This document shows positions 37,926 through 50,017 of a DNA stretch of 64,000 bases, in pieces; positions within the stretch are counted from its first letter, which is position 1, and every line of letters starts with the position of its first letter. The position numbers were made by a program, and so were the translations under genes. The stretch is from Podarcis liolepis (lineage: Eukaryota). Where the stretch lies: NCBI GenBank assembly GCA_965112155.1, contig OZ218102.1; one strand, written 5' to 3'. Below the pieces are notes generated by a model that saw only the letters and a program-made list of their open reading frames with translations, was not told the DNA's origin and did no database searches.

Positions 37926-40759
37926 CTCCTCCTGTCTCTTTCCAGAGCTTTGTCTCACACTTTTCCAGCTGGGGAGGATTTGATTTAAGCTTTGCAATAA
38001 AACTTGGTATTTCCAAAGCTCCTGAAGGCAGTCCTTTGTGATTTTCAACATGCACACAAAACCATTCAGATGTTTATGCCACCTTAGCCAAAGCAACCTT
38101 CATTTCTTTCATGCAAAGCAATGGATACCATCCAATGAAACCTTCTCCTGTGCAAGCCTGTTAAATGAAAGGGAGCTGCCAATTATTTCAGTCGGGCCTG
38201 TGCACAAGGATTTCCCATTTGGATTATGCTTAAAGGGTCAAAAACTACTGATAGCACAATCCAGGTCTATCATTATGTAGTAATAGGCTGAAATGCCTGA
38301 ATCAATATCAGAATTATAAAATTTCAGAGAAGCAGCCCCAAATTTATCTTTAACAAATTCCTTCATGATGACTGGACGACATGACAAAAATGTTGAAAAT
38401 GGAGAAATGGAAAGTCAATACCACCACCCCCCCTGCAACTAGCAAAGCAAACCTATAAACACATTATAACTAGAGACATGCCTCTTCTGTGCTGGTGGAG
38501 CAGCTACCATATTTGAGTATGGATGAGGAAATTACCAGTACACAACCAGAAAATACAGAAATGACAGATATGCCCCTGGTGTTCTAGAAGACTCCACCAG
38601 TTCCTTCCACCGGAGAATGTGTTGATGCCCATATAGTACTCACACATGGAAGAACCTTATGTGTTGCTTCTGCTGCTGTTGTTATTGTTAACATGGTACT
38701 TTATGCCTCGCCAGAAGGAAAATGTTTCAACTCACCTCTTCCATGCCTGGCAAAAAAACAAAACAAAACCAAAAGTCATGTCAAAGGCAAAAGAGAGGGA
38801 ACTGTTTTGGGTGGAATTCACCTAACAAGCCCCATCAGCAGAAGCCCTGTGCAATGACTTCTGTTTGAGCAGTGGGGTTCCCCTCTCTTCTCCCTTGTGC
38901 ACCCCCACAATTCCCATAATTGGCACGGGGCGGTGTTCAGAACTCTCAGAACAACACATGGGAGGAAGAGCAAAGGGAGGATTGTCATAGTACTACATTG
39001 GATACTACCCTCGGTACCTGAAACCACACTGCACACACTACAAAGCAGTTTCCTAACCACCTAGCTATACTGTAGTAACAGACAGCAATTATAAACATAA
39101 TGGAGAATTTGTCTTCTCCCCTTCTCTGCACAAACAAGGCAGGAAGAGTCATATGTTTTACATGCTGGAAGTGCCAAATTCAAATGAAGGGTATAGCCAC
39201 ATACTAGGAAAGGGCTGAGCTTCTCCAATCAAAGGAGCACTGCATGGCTCAATAGTCTACCGCCTGCATATACTTGTTCATGCATTGAAGAGAACTTAAA
39301 ACATTATTACAATGTTTTACAAGTGATTTGCATGTGCGAATGAGCTACTGTATTAGGAATTAAACATTACAGAGATAACATCTGTGTCATATTGCTCCCC
39401 TCCCTCCCTCTCTCCCACAGCCAGAATTTATATTGTAAGGTTCTCCAGCCATACACCCATATTTTTTGTTTACTTTAGTCTGTAATTCACAATTGAGCTC
39501 AATGCACTATATTTTTTAAAAAAATAAATTCCTGTGAGTCAAGACTTCTGGTAGAGTCAAAATAAATGAATACATTCAGCTGCAAATTCATCATGGGCAT
39601 TACACAATCAGGGGATGAGAAATCAAGTGTTACTCATCTGTGTATTAATGAGGAATTTAAACAGATTTATAGCACGCTAGGAGAGGAAGAAGCCTTATGC
39701 CCAGTAGAATTGGTAGCCCCATGCACAAATTCACTTGATGGGATAACCTTTGGGGCAGCTGTACCATTTCAGAGTCAGATGTGGATTCAGATTATGAAAC
39801 ACTTCTGAATAAGATTCCTGTATGTATGCAATAGGCAGCCCCAACAATTACAACCTGTTAAATGCACCTTTGGCACTGGCCAGCTACAAAACGTGTCATT
39901 TTTCTTCTCTAATGTGGTCCTGAAAGTGAAACATGCCAGATCTCTCTGCTGGACAGGCAGCGCAGCATCAAAATAGCACAGATCAGCAGGAAAACTTGGC
40001 CACTGCTGCCGTGGCAGAATTCTTAACCTAGCTTTAACCATTCACGATCATCTCTCCAGCATCAATCTTTGTTGTCAACAAATTTAACTTTGAAGGCTTT
40101 GATAGTCCACAGACTCACTCTTTGCCAAGTGTGTCTGAAGATGTCGGGATGCTTAACTCTTCCCAGGAAGGCTCACTTGGCACCTTCATTATGCATCTCT
40201 CAGTGCCAAGTGAAAACATTCTTCTTCTCCCAGGCCACTGGCTAATTAAACGATCTATGGCCTTTTAAACTATTTGTGTGGTGGGGTATGGTTATGATGC
40301 TATGTATATTTGTGGTTTTATATACTGTAAACTGATGAAGGGTGGCATATGAATTTAATAACTAAATAATGAAATAAAAAGGAATGAAGGTTCAAAGTTG
40401 GCTTCCTCTGCTACATACTAAGTACAGGGGCTTTTGCAGGATGGATAGAAGGTAGCTGTACTCTGGTTTTTTCGGTGCATGCTGAAAACATCACTGCTCA
40501 GCCAAGACTTCCCAGAAGCTCAGAAAGTTGAGGTAATTTTAATCAAAAAAAATAATGTATGTTTTAAAGTATGGTTGTGAATTTTTCTTGATTTTGTTAT
40601 TTCATCTTTTTGTAAACAACTCGGAGGTTATTGTCCCGTCCCCCCATCAAGCGACGAAATTAATAAGCATAAATAAATAAATATACTCCCCAACTACAGT
40701 CTTAAGTACTACCACGTCAGGGAGAACTAGCCTCCCGTTTGCTACAGTGGACAGCACCA

Positions 40760-41390
40760 TCCTACGACGATATCATAACCGGGGCCCAGTCGGGCGCCAC
40801 AGCCCCTGAGGACTTGGATGGTTTAAGCGAACGCGGCCCCTGAGGTAGCAGAAAAGCCGCCATCTTGACCGGAAACGCGTCACGGAAGACGGTGATGGCC
40901 CATTTCCTCTTCCCTGGCTCGCTCGCGCTCTCTCTCCCGCGCGCCTCTATGGTCGCCGAGCAGCATCCGGGTCCCTGTTGCAGCGGAGTGCAGCAAAGGC
41001 CGCGAGCGAAGTGAGGACGTGGCAAGCTGTGAGCGAGAGCGGAGCGGACGTGGAGGGGCCTTTCCGGTGAGCGGCGGCGGCGGGCACAGGAAGCGGAAGC
41101 CGGCGCCAGCGGCGGCCCGACGACCAGCAGGAGCGGGGACAGCCGGTTGAGGTAACCGCGAGGCCGGGCCGATCTCTCTTGAAGCGCGAGGTTGTGAGGG
41201 ACCAGGGTCGGGAGGGGGGGGGGAGGCGGCTCTGCGACGAGGCCGGGGCTGAGGAATAAAGCGCCGCCCGACTCCGGAGCGCGCCTGGCCTGATCCTGGC
41301 AGGCTTACGCCTCCGGCCTCCCGGGGAGGCCCTGTGCTGAGCCGTCCGGATGGACCCCCGGCTTAGCTTCTCCCTTAGCGAGTTCTCATT
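40760..41390 (+). promoter_or_regulatory. CpG-island housekeeping promoter of SEC24C
   Basis: High CpG density; YY1 motif GCCGCCATCTTG at 40856-40867; several ETS/GABP cores (CCGGAA, CGGAAG, tandem CAGGAAGCGGAAGC at about 41087-41100). Confidence 0.85.
41000..41151 (+). other. SEC24C: SEC24C non-coding exon 1 (5' UTR; start approximate)
   Basis: Lies in the CpG island and ends at donor GAG|GTAACC (GT at 41152); the next exon carries the ATG. Confidence 0.65.
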
Positions 41391-44300
41391 ACCAGGCCTT
41401 TGGCTGATTAAATGCCATTTTAAACGTGTTTGTGAGAGGATATTGTCTGTTCTTTTTATTATGGATTTTGTGTGATCTCATTTTTTGCACTTTTATGTAT
41501 TGAACCGCTCTGTGCTCTTCGCTCGAAGGGCGATATACACATTTAACGAATGAAATTGAAATAAATGAATCTTTCCAACCCAGCCCTCCCCCAGGCAGGA
41601 AATAAGCGGCGCTTTTCTTTCCTCCCCGCTTTGCTTCACACAGCCACCACGCAAAGTGTGTTCCCCTTGACGTGTGCTGCATTCACAAGTGCAGGTTGAT
41701 AGGTGCGGGTGAGTGCGTCCCCGAGGCTTGTCGGTAACAGGTTTAATACAGGAGTTGGGGAAAATTATTCGGACAACTTCCAAATAGAGAGCAGGGAGGA
41801 AATGTTTTCCCTGGCCTGCTGGTGTTTTCTATATGTGGGAGATTTAGCTCATAGGGAGTAACCCCACACTCTGATCTGCAGCCAAAAAGGGAAACTACCC
41901 GAGAAAAGCTTTACCAGTCGATCCTGCCGAACGTGTGAACAGGGCTTGACAAGGTGAAACTGAGATGAAGCAATGTTGTGTTTATGTAGGAGTCAGGCTG
42001 CATTTCAACAAAAGCGTTACTAGGAGCCTTTTTTTTCCTTTTCAGAAGTAGTAGCAGTGCTTACTATTAGAGACTTCTTTTGAAACGCTTGCTATTAGAA
42101 GCAGAGTTGGAAGATACCCTTAGGATCATATAGCCCAACACCCTGCAATGCAGGAAAACGCAGCTGTCTCTTATGGGGATTGAACCTGCAACTAATGGAA
42201 TAACTTTGTTTTGAAACTTAGGTTCACCTTGAAGATTTCAAAGCACACCATGGTGCTTTCCTTTTCCCAAGCAGTGCACATTAACTTGCATTCGTGCTAA
42301 ATTGTACTTTGGACTGCAGCATTAGTTATGCATAGAACTCAGAAGAGTAGCTTCTTCATTTGCGGATTATATATGGGGCCAGGCTTTAAATTCCCTAATT
42401 TTGTCCTATCCCGCTACCTCATGCAACAGGACATTTACATATTGCTCATTTTCTATGTTTTGTTAGAAAAGGGTTTCGCTCTTGCCAGAAGAATGGATCA
42501 GTTTTATGGACAAGTGATCCACTTATTAGTCTGTGCAAGGCTAGATGTGTATATAACAGGGTGATTATGCTAATACAGAGACATTTGGAATTTTGGGAGT
42601 ATGTTGTGGGCACCAACCCTTCTTGTTACTTCTCTTCCCCAATAGAGAAAGCGCACAGGCATAAAGAGAGTCATTGTACTTCCAAAGGATCTGGGTAAAG
42701 GTTGAATATCTAGCAGGATTAAAATGTTTCCTTTTCAGTCTACACAATTTTACATAGTATCCCTAAATAGCCACTGCCAAATTAAAGGTTACCTTGGTGG
42801 TAGACTGCGCAGTAAAAATCACAGAGCACATTTATGGATACAGAGTTGACCTGTGATTGGAGGGGATCCCTTGTAAAAATTATGATGATCCATAAGTTTC
42901 TATACCTTGAGTCTATATTTTTTCACAAGGGTAGTGCTAGAAAGCATCAGTTCTGTGGTTTTTGGTTTTGCAGTTCATTCAGTAGATAGGTGTGACATTT
43001 ATTTGATTGCCAATGGGGAAGGAGCCTGTGAGAAAATAGAGTTTAAAGAGGATCTGTTGTATTGGATATGGTGTGCATATTTGAGTGTGTATTCCTGACT
43101 TCTGTCCCACCAGCTGCTCCATTATTCTCTCCTACTTCTCTTCCGTTTACCTCCTACTCTGTCTCTTCTGTTCAAGTGCCAATACGGCAATAAGAGCCTT
43201 GAAAAGCAGATAGAACTGAAATAAGTGATGTCCTTTTCAAGGGGTGAGGAAGGGAGCAGTGAGTGAGGGTGTTGCAAGCACCCCAGCTGTGGTACTAATG
43301 TAACAGTATGATATGCAATGTTGGACTAGTGTAGCAATTCTAGGTGATGTTATTGCATCCTTTTACAGCACAGGTGGGCTGAAGGCAGATTGAGATCTGC
43401 TGATAGATTTGCACACGTGCCATCCTACTGCACTGTGGTGATCACAAAACAAGAGCATTACCGTAATTCAGAGTGAGGTGTGCCAAAGTCCAAAGCTTAA
43501 AGGTCTTAAAGGCGTTTGAGTGTATACCTCACAATACTGGGCTGCATACCAGCTGTGCAGCATACTAGCATGCTTAGACACTGTCGTAGAACCCATTGTG
43601 CTGGCACTTAGATATTTGCAGATGGCAAAAATAAAAAAGATGGAGAAAGGGAAATGAGCAGGAAGCTTGCAGAACAAAAAAAGGGACATAGCAAATGCCA
43701 TTCCCCTGCTGTAGCTTCACTTGCTAACCGGGATGCAAAAATTAAAACATGTATTATGGAATAAGCATTGTCCTCTCAGTATGATTCCTTGTAACGTTTC
43801 TAAAAAATGAATTCACTTTTATGCTTGTGCATTTTTGGTCAGGACTATCATTATACCAAGCCATAGTCTCCACACTATAGTTTAGGACCAAACCATGGTT
43901 TGAATTTCTAAACACATGCTAGGGAAACTGTAGCTTAGAGCCACTTGTTGAGAAGGTAGAAAGCAAAACTAGACAATCAGCTTCATAGTGATGGCCATAA
44001 CATTAGATTCGCAAATCATGATTTGTACTGTTTCTTGCTTGATAGGTGAAGCATGAATTTAGTTTGGCCATCATAGCAAACTGTAGTCTTGGAAATGTTC
44101 TATGCTTTTAAAATTTGTTACGTCTATTTGTTAATACTACAATAGCACGATGACATGTTTTATGCTGTTGCAAATAGGGCTGTGTTTTGCTGTTAATGGT
44201 TGTTGCCTTGCTTTAAACTAAAATTTCAGTGTGTTATGAAGGCAATGTATTTTATTTCTTCTGGGTTATGTGTGTGCTGATTCAGAAGATCACACCTGCA

Positions 44301-45020
44301 AAACATCCCTTTCACTGATACAATCTGACATACTGCCGGAAATGCTTGATTATCCTGCTATAAATGAACCTTTTTGCTATAGTAGATAGTGTTCTGAAGA
44401 GTATCAGCTACTGAATACAGATTATTGCAGGAGACTGACATAAGGACTGATCTGTTCTTTAAACCTTATGTTCAGAACCATGTCCCCAAATAGTACCTGG
44501 TAGTAAAGGAAATTCCATTCAGGTCCAGCATATTCAGTAGTCAGGGACCGTGGGAACTGTAGGACCACAAGTTAGTCAACCAAGATGTAAGGATATGCTG
44601 GCTGGGCCTCATGAGGGTTATATGAATGCCTTATTTGTCATAGCTTTTAGACCTTAATTCTTGTTGAATCTGTGTTATTTTAATTTTTTCATGTATGAGA
44701 TTTTTTTAAATTTCTAAAATAAGTGCTTCATAACAGCAACATTATTTCTCATTGATGGCCCAGTTTCTTCTGGGGGTAATTGGCAGGGACCACAAACTGG
44801 TGATGAATGGGGTCAGAGATGAAAGTGTTCTGGATTAGCTAATCCAGAATTTAAGATTAGAATTCCTGATTCTAAGGAGGTCTGAGAAGTAAGCCCCAGT
44901 GCTATACTCAAATAAGTATGTAAGGAATTTTTTTTTTGTACAGTGAATCAATAAAGTTCATTGTCTAGAAAGCAACTGAAAGTATTTTCTGAATTAGTCA
45001 TTCCTATTAGTCCTGTAAGG

Positions 45021-45156
45021 CAGTGTTCCCCAACCTTGGGCCTCCAGCTGTTTTTGGACTACAGTTCCCATCATCCCTGACCACTGGTCTTGCTAGCTAG
45101 GGATGATGGGAGTTGTAGTCCAAAAACAGCTGGAGGCCCAAGTTTGGGGAACACTG
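45021..45156. mobile_element. Palindromic hAT-Charlie-like MITE (136 bp) inserted at the 5' junction of a SINE
   Basis: Nearly fully self-complementary, CAGTGTTCCCCAA ends, 8-bp TSD CTGTAAGG. Confidence 0.9.
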
Positions 45157-45162
45157 CTGTAA

Positions 45163-45509
45163 GGGATGCGGGTGGCGCTGTGGGTTAAACCACAGAGCCT
45201 GGGGCTTGCCAATCAGAAAGTCGGTGGTTCAAATCCCTGTGACGGGGTGAAATCCCGTTGCACAGTCCCTGCTCCTGCTAACCTAGAAGTTCGAAAGCAC
45301 GAAGTGCAAGTAGATAAATAGGTACCGCTCCGGCAGGAAGGTAAACGGCGTTTCCATATGCTGCTCTGGTTTGCCAGAAGCAGCTTAGTCATGCTGGCCA
45401 CATAACCCGGAAGCTGTACGCCAGCTTCCTTGGCCAATAAAGCGAGATGAGTGCTGCAACCCCAGAGTCGTCCACGACTGCACCTAATGGTCGGGGTCCC
45501 TTTACCTTT
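45163..45509 (+). mobile_element. Sauria-type SINE (subfamily B)
   Basis: A and B boxes, tail; TSD TATTAGTCCTGTA (45005-45017, 45510-45522). Confidence 0.9.
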
Positions 45510-46038
45510 TATTAGTCCTGTATGCTCTATCCTGTTTTATATTACAAACGTATATAAGTGGCAGAAGCCTACTATTTTCTACCCAGGTGGGGGGGGGGGG
45601 ACTTATCCCCAAGCCATACAAACCAAGGAAGAAATGAAAAACAAATCATTATTTTTTTTATTAAATAAAATATTTTTTTGTCTGATTGCTCTGAAACTAC
45701 ACAGAAAGAGTTTAAAAAAAAACCTCCTGCCTCTAAAGGTCAGGAAAAGCAAGGGGCAAACCAACTAGAAGGAAGAAATTTTGATGGGATGAAAAGGTTG
45801 GGCAGCTTTAAGAGATATTGGGGAAATACACCTAAAACAAGCTTGGAGCTCACAAGTTACTCAGCTGTAGTGTAATGTGTGTGTAAAATTAGTTTAGAAA
45901 ACAGCACACATTTGCTAGCACTGCAAGGTCTGGTTCTTCATTTCAGCTCTTTTGCACAAAATATTGTTTTGAATGATGGCTCCTAATGTTTCTCTTTCCT
46001 TTCTCACAGGTGAAGGCTAGTTTGGGGATGTGAGCACA

Positions 46039-46213
46039 ATGAGCGTAAACCAGCCAACTCACACAGGGCCACCTTATGGGCAGCCACAGCCTGGATATGG
46101 AGGATACCTGCCGCCTGGTTACGGAGGGCAGCCAATCCCGACCGTTCCCACCTCACAGTATGGTGCTTACAATGGTCCAATGACAGGATATCCGCAGACA
46201 GCCCCCCCGCAAG
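46039..46213 (+). CDS. SEC24C: SEC24C first coding exon (exon begins at 46010)
   Basis: MSVNQPTHTGPPYGQPQPGYGGYLPPGYGGQ...YGAYNGPMTGYPQTAPPQG resembles the SEC24C N-terminus; acceptor ttctcacag, donor G|GTATCC; 175 coding nt. Confidence 0.92.
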
Positions 46214-46372
46214 GTATCCTTCATTGGTATAAAGGGGGAAATAACCTTTGTTTTTAGATTTTTTTTAAAAAAAAACGTTTACCCTACTTTTTAACGTTCT
46301 GTACGTGCCCCTGAGGTGGTAGCAACAAAAAAATTCAAAAGTGCATTTAAAATAGTCAGTATAAGGATTTAT

Positions 46373-46890
46373 GGTACCACTCTATTCTTCCCGGTTAGAC
46401 CACACCTAGAGTACTGTGTCCTGTTCTGGGCACTGTAGTTTAAGAAGGATATTAACAAGCTGGAATGTGTGCAGAGGAGGGCAACCATGTTGATAAAGGG
46501 TCTGGAAACTCGGCTGTATGAGGAACGCTTGACGGAATTGGGTATGCTTAGCCTAGTAAAGAGGAGACTGAGAGGAGAGATGATCGCCATTTTCAGATAT
46601 CTAAAGGGCTGTCACATGGAAGATGGGGCAAGCTTATTTTCTCCCTCTGCAGAGGGTAGGACCCAAACCAATGGATTCAAGTTATAAGAAAGGAGATTCT
46701 GACTAAACATCAGGAAGAACATTCTGACAATCAGAGCTGTTTGACAGAAGAATAGACTCCCACGAGAGATGGTGGACTCTCCATAGAGGTTTTTAAGCAG
46801 AGGTTTGATGACCAATTGTCATGTATGATTTAGTTGAGATTCCTGCTTTGGACTAGATGACCTTCAGAGTACCTTCCAGCTCTACAATTC
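46373..46890 (+). mobile_element. CR1 LINE 3' fragment
   Basis: VRPHLEYCV.FW...[56 protein letters not shown] is typical of the CR1 ORF2 C-terminus; CR1-type 3' end CCTTCCAGCTCTACAATTCT. Confidence 0.88.
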
Positions 46891-47337
46891 TCTGGATGCA
46901 GATAAATGTCCTTTGTTCTTCATGATTTAAGAACTTGTGCATAAAATTATATTTCATAAAGCAATGGGAGATGGTTCAGGCGGCAACGCAGTTTGGGAGG
47001 GCTCCATGCTTTGGTGGTCCACAAGCATTAAAGCAACTGGCACAAATTTCGCTGCCTAGGAAGTTGTGCTAGATGCTTAGTTGTTAGTCAGCTGGTGTAA
47101 AGAAGTGGGCATTAATGGCAGCAGAACTAGCTGAAAGGCCACTTGAAGGAGTAAAGTTTGTGGTGTTAACCTCAGGAAAACTAGCTGCTTTATCATGACT
47201 TACAGTCTTGGTATGGGAATGAATATTAGTTCTCTTACCTTTGCACATGGGAATCATAGTGGAGAACATAAAGACCATAGTGGAGACCATAAAGAGTTGT
47301 GTTTATACTAGGCTTTAATGAAGGAAGCTGCTGCAAA

Positions 47338-47339
<2 letters not shown>

Positions 47340-47385
<46 letters not shown>

Positions 47386-48078
47386 TTATTTAAACCCTGC
47401 CCTCCCCAGCCAAGACAGGGCTCAGGGCGGCTAACAACCAATAATAAAAACAAGTTGATTAAAATACAATTTAAAAAGATTAAGATACAACATTAAAACA
47501 TTAGGGTGCAATCTCTTCATAGGAGGAGAAAGGAAAAAGAAAGGGGGAGGGAATCAGACTGATTCCAAGCCAAAGGCCAGGTGGAACAACTCTGTCTTAC
47601 AGGCCCTGCGGAAAAAAATCAGATCCCACAGGGCCCTGGTCTCATGAGACAGAGCGTTCCACCAGGCCGGAGCCAGTGTTGAGAAGGCCCTGGCTCTGGT
47701 TGAGGCTAATCTAACTTCCTTAGGGCCTGGGACCTCTAGGGTGTTGCTATATATGGACCTTAAGGTCCTCCGTGGGGCATACCAGGAGAGGCGGTCCCGT
47801 AGGTACGAGGGTCCTAGGCCGTGAAGGGCTTTAAAGGTCAAAACCAGCACCTTAAATCTGACCCTGTACTCCACCGGGAGCCAGTGCAGCTGGAAAAGCA
47901 CTGGGTGAATATGCTCCCATGGCAGAGACCCCGTGAGGAGCCTCGCTGCAGCATTCTGCACCCGCTGGAGTTTCTGGGACAGCTTCAAGGGCAGCCCCGC
48001 GTAGAGTGAATTACAGTAGTCAAGCCTGGAGGTGACCATCGCATGGATCACTGTGGCCAGGTCGGGGCAGGAAAGGTA
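47340..48078 (-). mobile_element. L2 LINE, 5'-truncated, with an intact ORF2 C-terminal frame and (TTA)n tail
   Basis: ORF 47554..48081 VIHAMVTSRLDYCNSLYAGLP...LQRVQNAAARLL...LHWLPVEYRVRFKVLVLTFKALHGLGPSYL. Confidence 0.9.
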
Positions 48079-48472
48079 CACGTGCTACATTTAATAGTAA
48101 TGTTTAACATAAATAAACAGAAAGGTAATGTTGATGTTGCATTCTCAGTTTGAAGGCATGTGTAAAATTGGCAGATATTTGTGGGGGAGCTTCTTGTTTT
48201 AGGGTAGCTTACTGGGTGAGCTGCTCAATTTGCTCACCAAGTAGTTCACTCATCAAGCAGAAGGTTCTTCTGTTTGAGGTGAATCTTCTCTTTTTTTTTT
48301 ACTTTGGAACTACTCATCCCTGACGTCTCATGACAGGTAGCAATAAACTATATTGAAAATAAGCAATGATTGCTAAGCAGGAGGAAACTCCAGCGTTTGT
48401 AGGACTAGCACAATGCATTTTATTTGAAGTTTTCCAAGTCTATTCTTATTGATGCATATATTGTCTTTCTAG

Positions 48473-48556
48473 GTTACTTTCCTTCAATGGGGTTTCCTTC
48501 TAAGGGCTCTCCTGTCTCTCTTGATTCTGATGCTTCTTTTACTCCCAACTTCATAG
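48473..48556 (+). CDS. SEC24C: Candidate 84-nt in-frame cassette exon of SEC24C
   Basis: Acceptor ttgtctttctag, donor G|GTAAAT, symmetric phase 1-1, open frame (G)YFPSMGFPSKGSPVSLDSDASFTPNFI(G). Confidence 0.5.
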   Translation, partial: VTFLQWGFLLRALLSLLILMLLLLPTS

Positions 48557-49448
48557 GTAAATGCTTTCCTTTCCATGCACTGTCTCTTATGAGAAAAGAC
48601 TGTTTCAGATGCATTTCCTTCTGAAACATTCCTCTTGTTTCATCTGAACGCTAAGCCATGTAATTATTAGAATGTGTGGAGCTGTGATGTCTTATTACAA
48701 GGAATGTGCAGGTCTCTGGGACACAGCGGTGAGATCCAACTAAGTTGTACTCAGAGGAGACCTAAATCCATTGATTTCAGTGGGTTTGCTCTTGAGTGTG
48801 GCTAAAGGTGGAGATCACCCTTTGAACATGATTCATTTCCTTCAAGTCTTTTTGTACTCAGGGTAAAGTTTAAAAACAGCATGTACTCCTTACTTCTCGG
48901 TGTGCGTATGCTGCAGCAGAGTACATGTTTATGCATCTTTCTTACATGGAAGTGCTGTCACTCTAGCAGACTGATTATTTCTAAAGTAAGGAGGATCATA
49001 CATACTCTGAGCAGGACTGGTGTTGGATGAAACCCTCTGACTTTTATGTAGCTGTAATCTAGACTACTATTCAAAGGTAAGGGTTGCATCCATTGCTCTG
49101 ACCAATTTGCCTCTGGCCCCGCCCATCACTAGCATGTAACTGTCAGAAGATTTTGCGTGAGGAAATGAGCCCCTTAGGCTGAAAAACTGGTTTACCGCTT
49201 TCATGTCATAGTCGCTCAACCAAATGGCTTAACTTTTGATGGTTGTGCTTCTCCAATAGAAATTCTTTCTCCTTTTGAGAAGGAAGTGCATTAGATTATA
49301 TGACCGCTGGTGAGAAGAGAGCAGCAAAGCTTAACTTCACCATGGCTGTATAAATCTTTATATTAAAGTGCATTTCTCCTGTACTTTACATTGTTGAAGT
49401 AATTTGACAAGGCAGTTAACTTTTATGAGTAGGCCTACTTCTGTTGTT

Positions 49449-50017
49449 CCTACCAACCTAGCAGTTCGAAAGCACCCCCGGGTGCAAGTAGATAAATAGG
49501 GACTGCTTACTGGCGGGAAGGTAAACGGCGTTTCCATGTGCTGCGCTGGCTCGCCAGATGCAGCTTCGTCACGCTGGCCACGTGACCCGGAAGTGTCTCC
49601 GGACAGCGCTGGCCCCCGGCCTCTTAAGTGAGATGGGCGCGCAACCCTAGAGTCTGTCAAGACTGGCCCGTACGGGCAGGGGTACCTTTACCTTTACAGT
49701 GGTGCCTCGCAAGATGAAAAGAATCCGTTCTGTGATTCTCTTTGTCTAGCGGTTTTTTCGAATGCGAAGCAAGCCCATTGACGGATTAGTGGCTTTTAGC
49801 GGCTTATCAGCTTATCGGATCAGCTGATAAGCGGCTTAGCGGCTTAGAAAAAGGGGGGGAGGGAAAAAAAACCGCAGGAACTCGCAAGACATTTTCGTCT
49901 TGCGAAGCAAGCCCATAGGAGATTCGTTTTGCGAAGCACCTCCAAAACTGAAAACTCTTTCGTCTAGCGAGTTTTCCGTCTTGCGAGGCATTCGTCTTGC
50001 GGGGCACCACTGTACCT
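49449..50017 (+). mobile_element. Sauria-type SINE, 5'-truncated (subfamily A), tail interrupted by a Tigger MITE
   Basis: 13-bp TSD TACTTCTGTTGTT (49436-49448, 50018-50030). Confidence 0.88.
49697..50012. mobile_element. Tigger-family MITE nested in the tail of a Sauria SINE
   Basis: TIRs CAGTGGTGCC..., TA TSD inside the (TACCTT)n tail. Confidence 0.92.
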
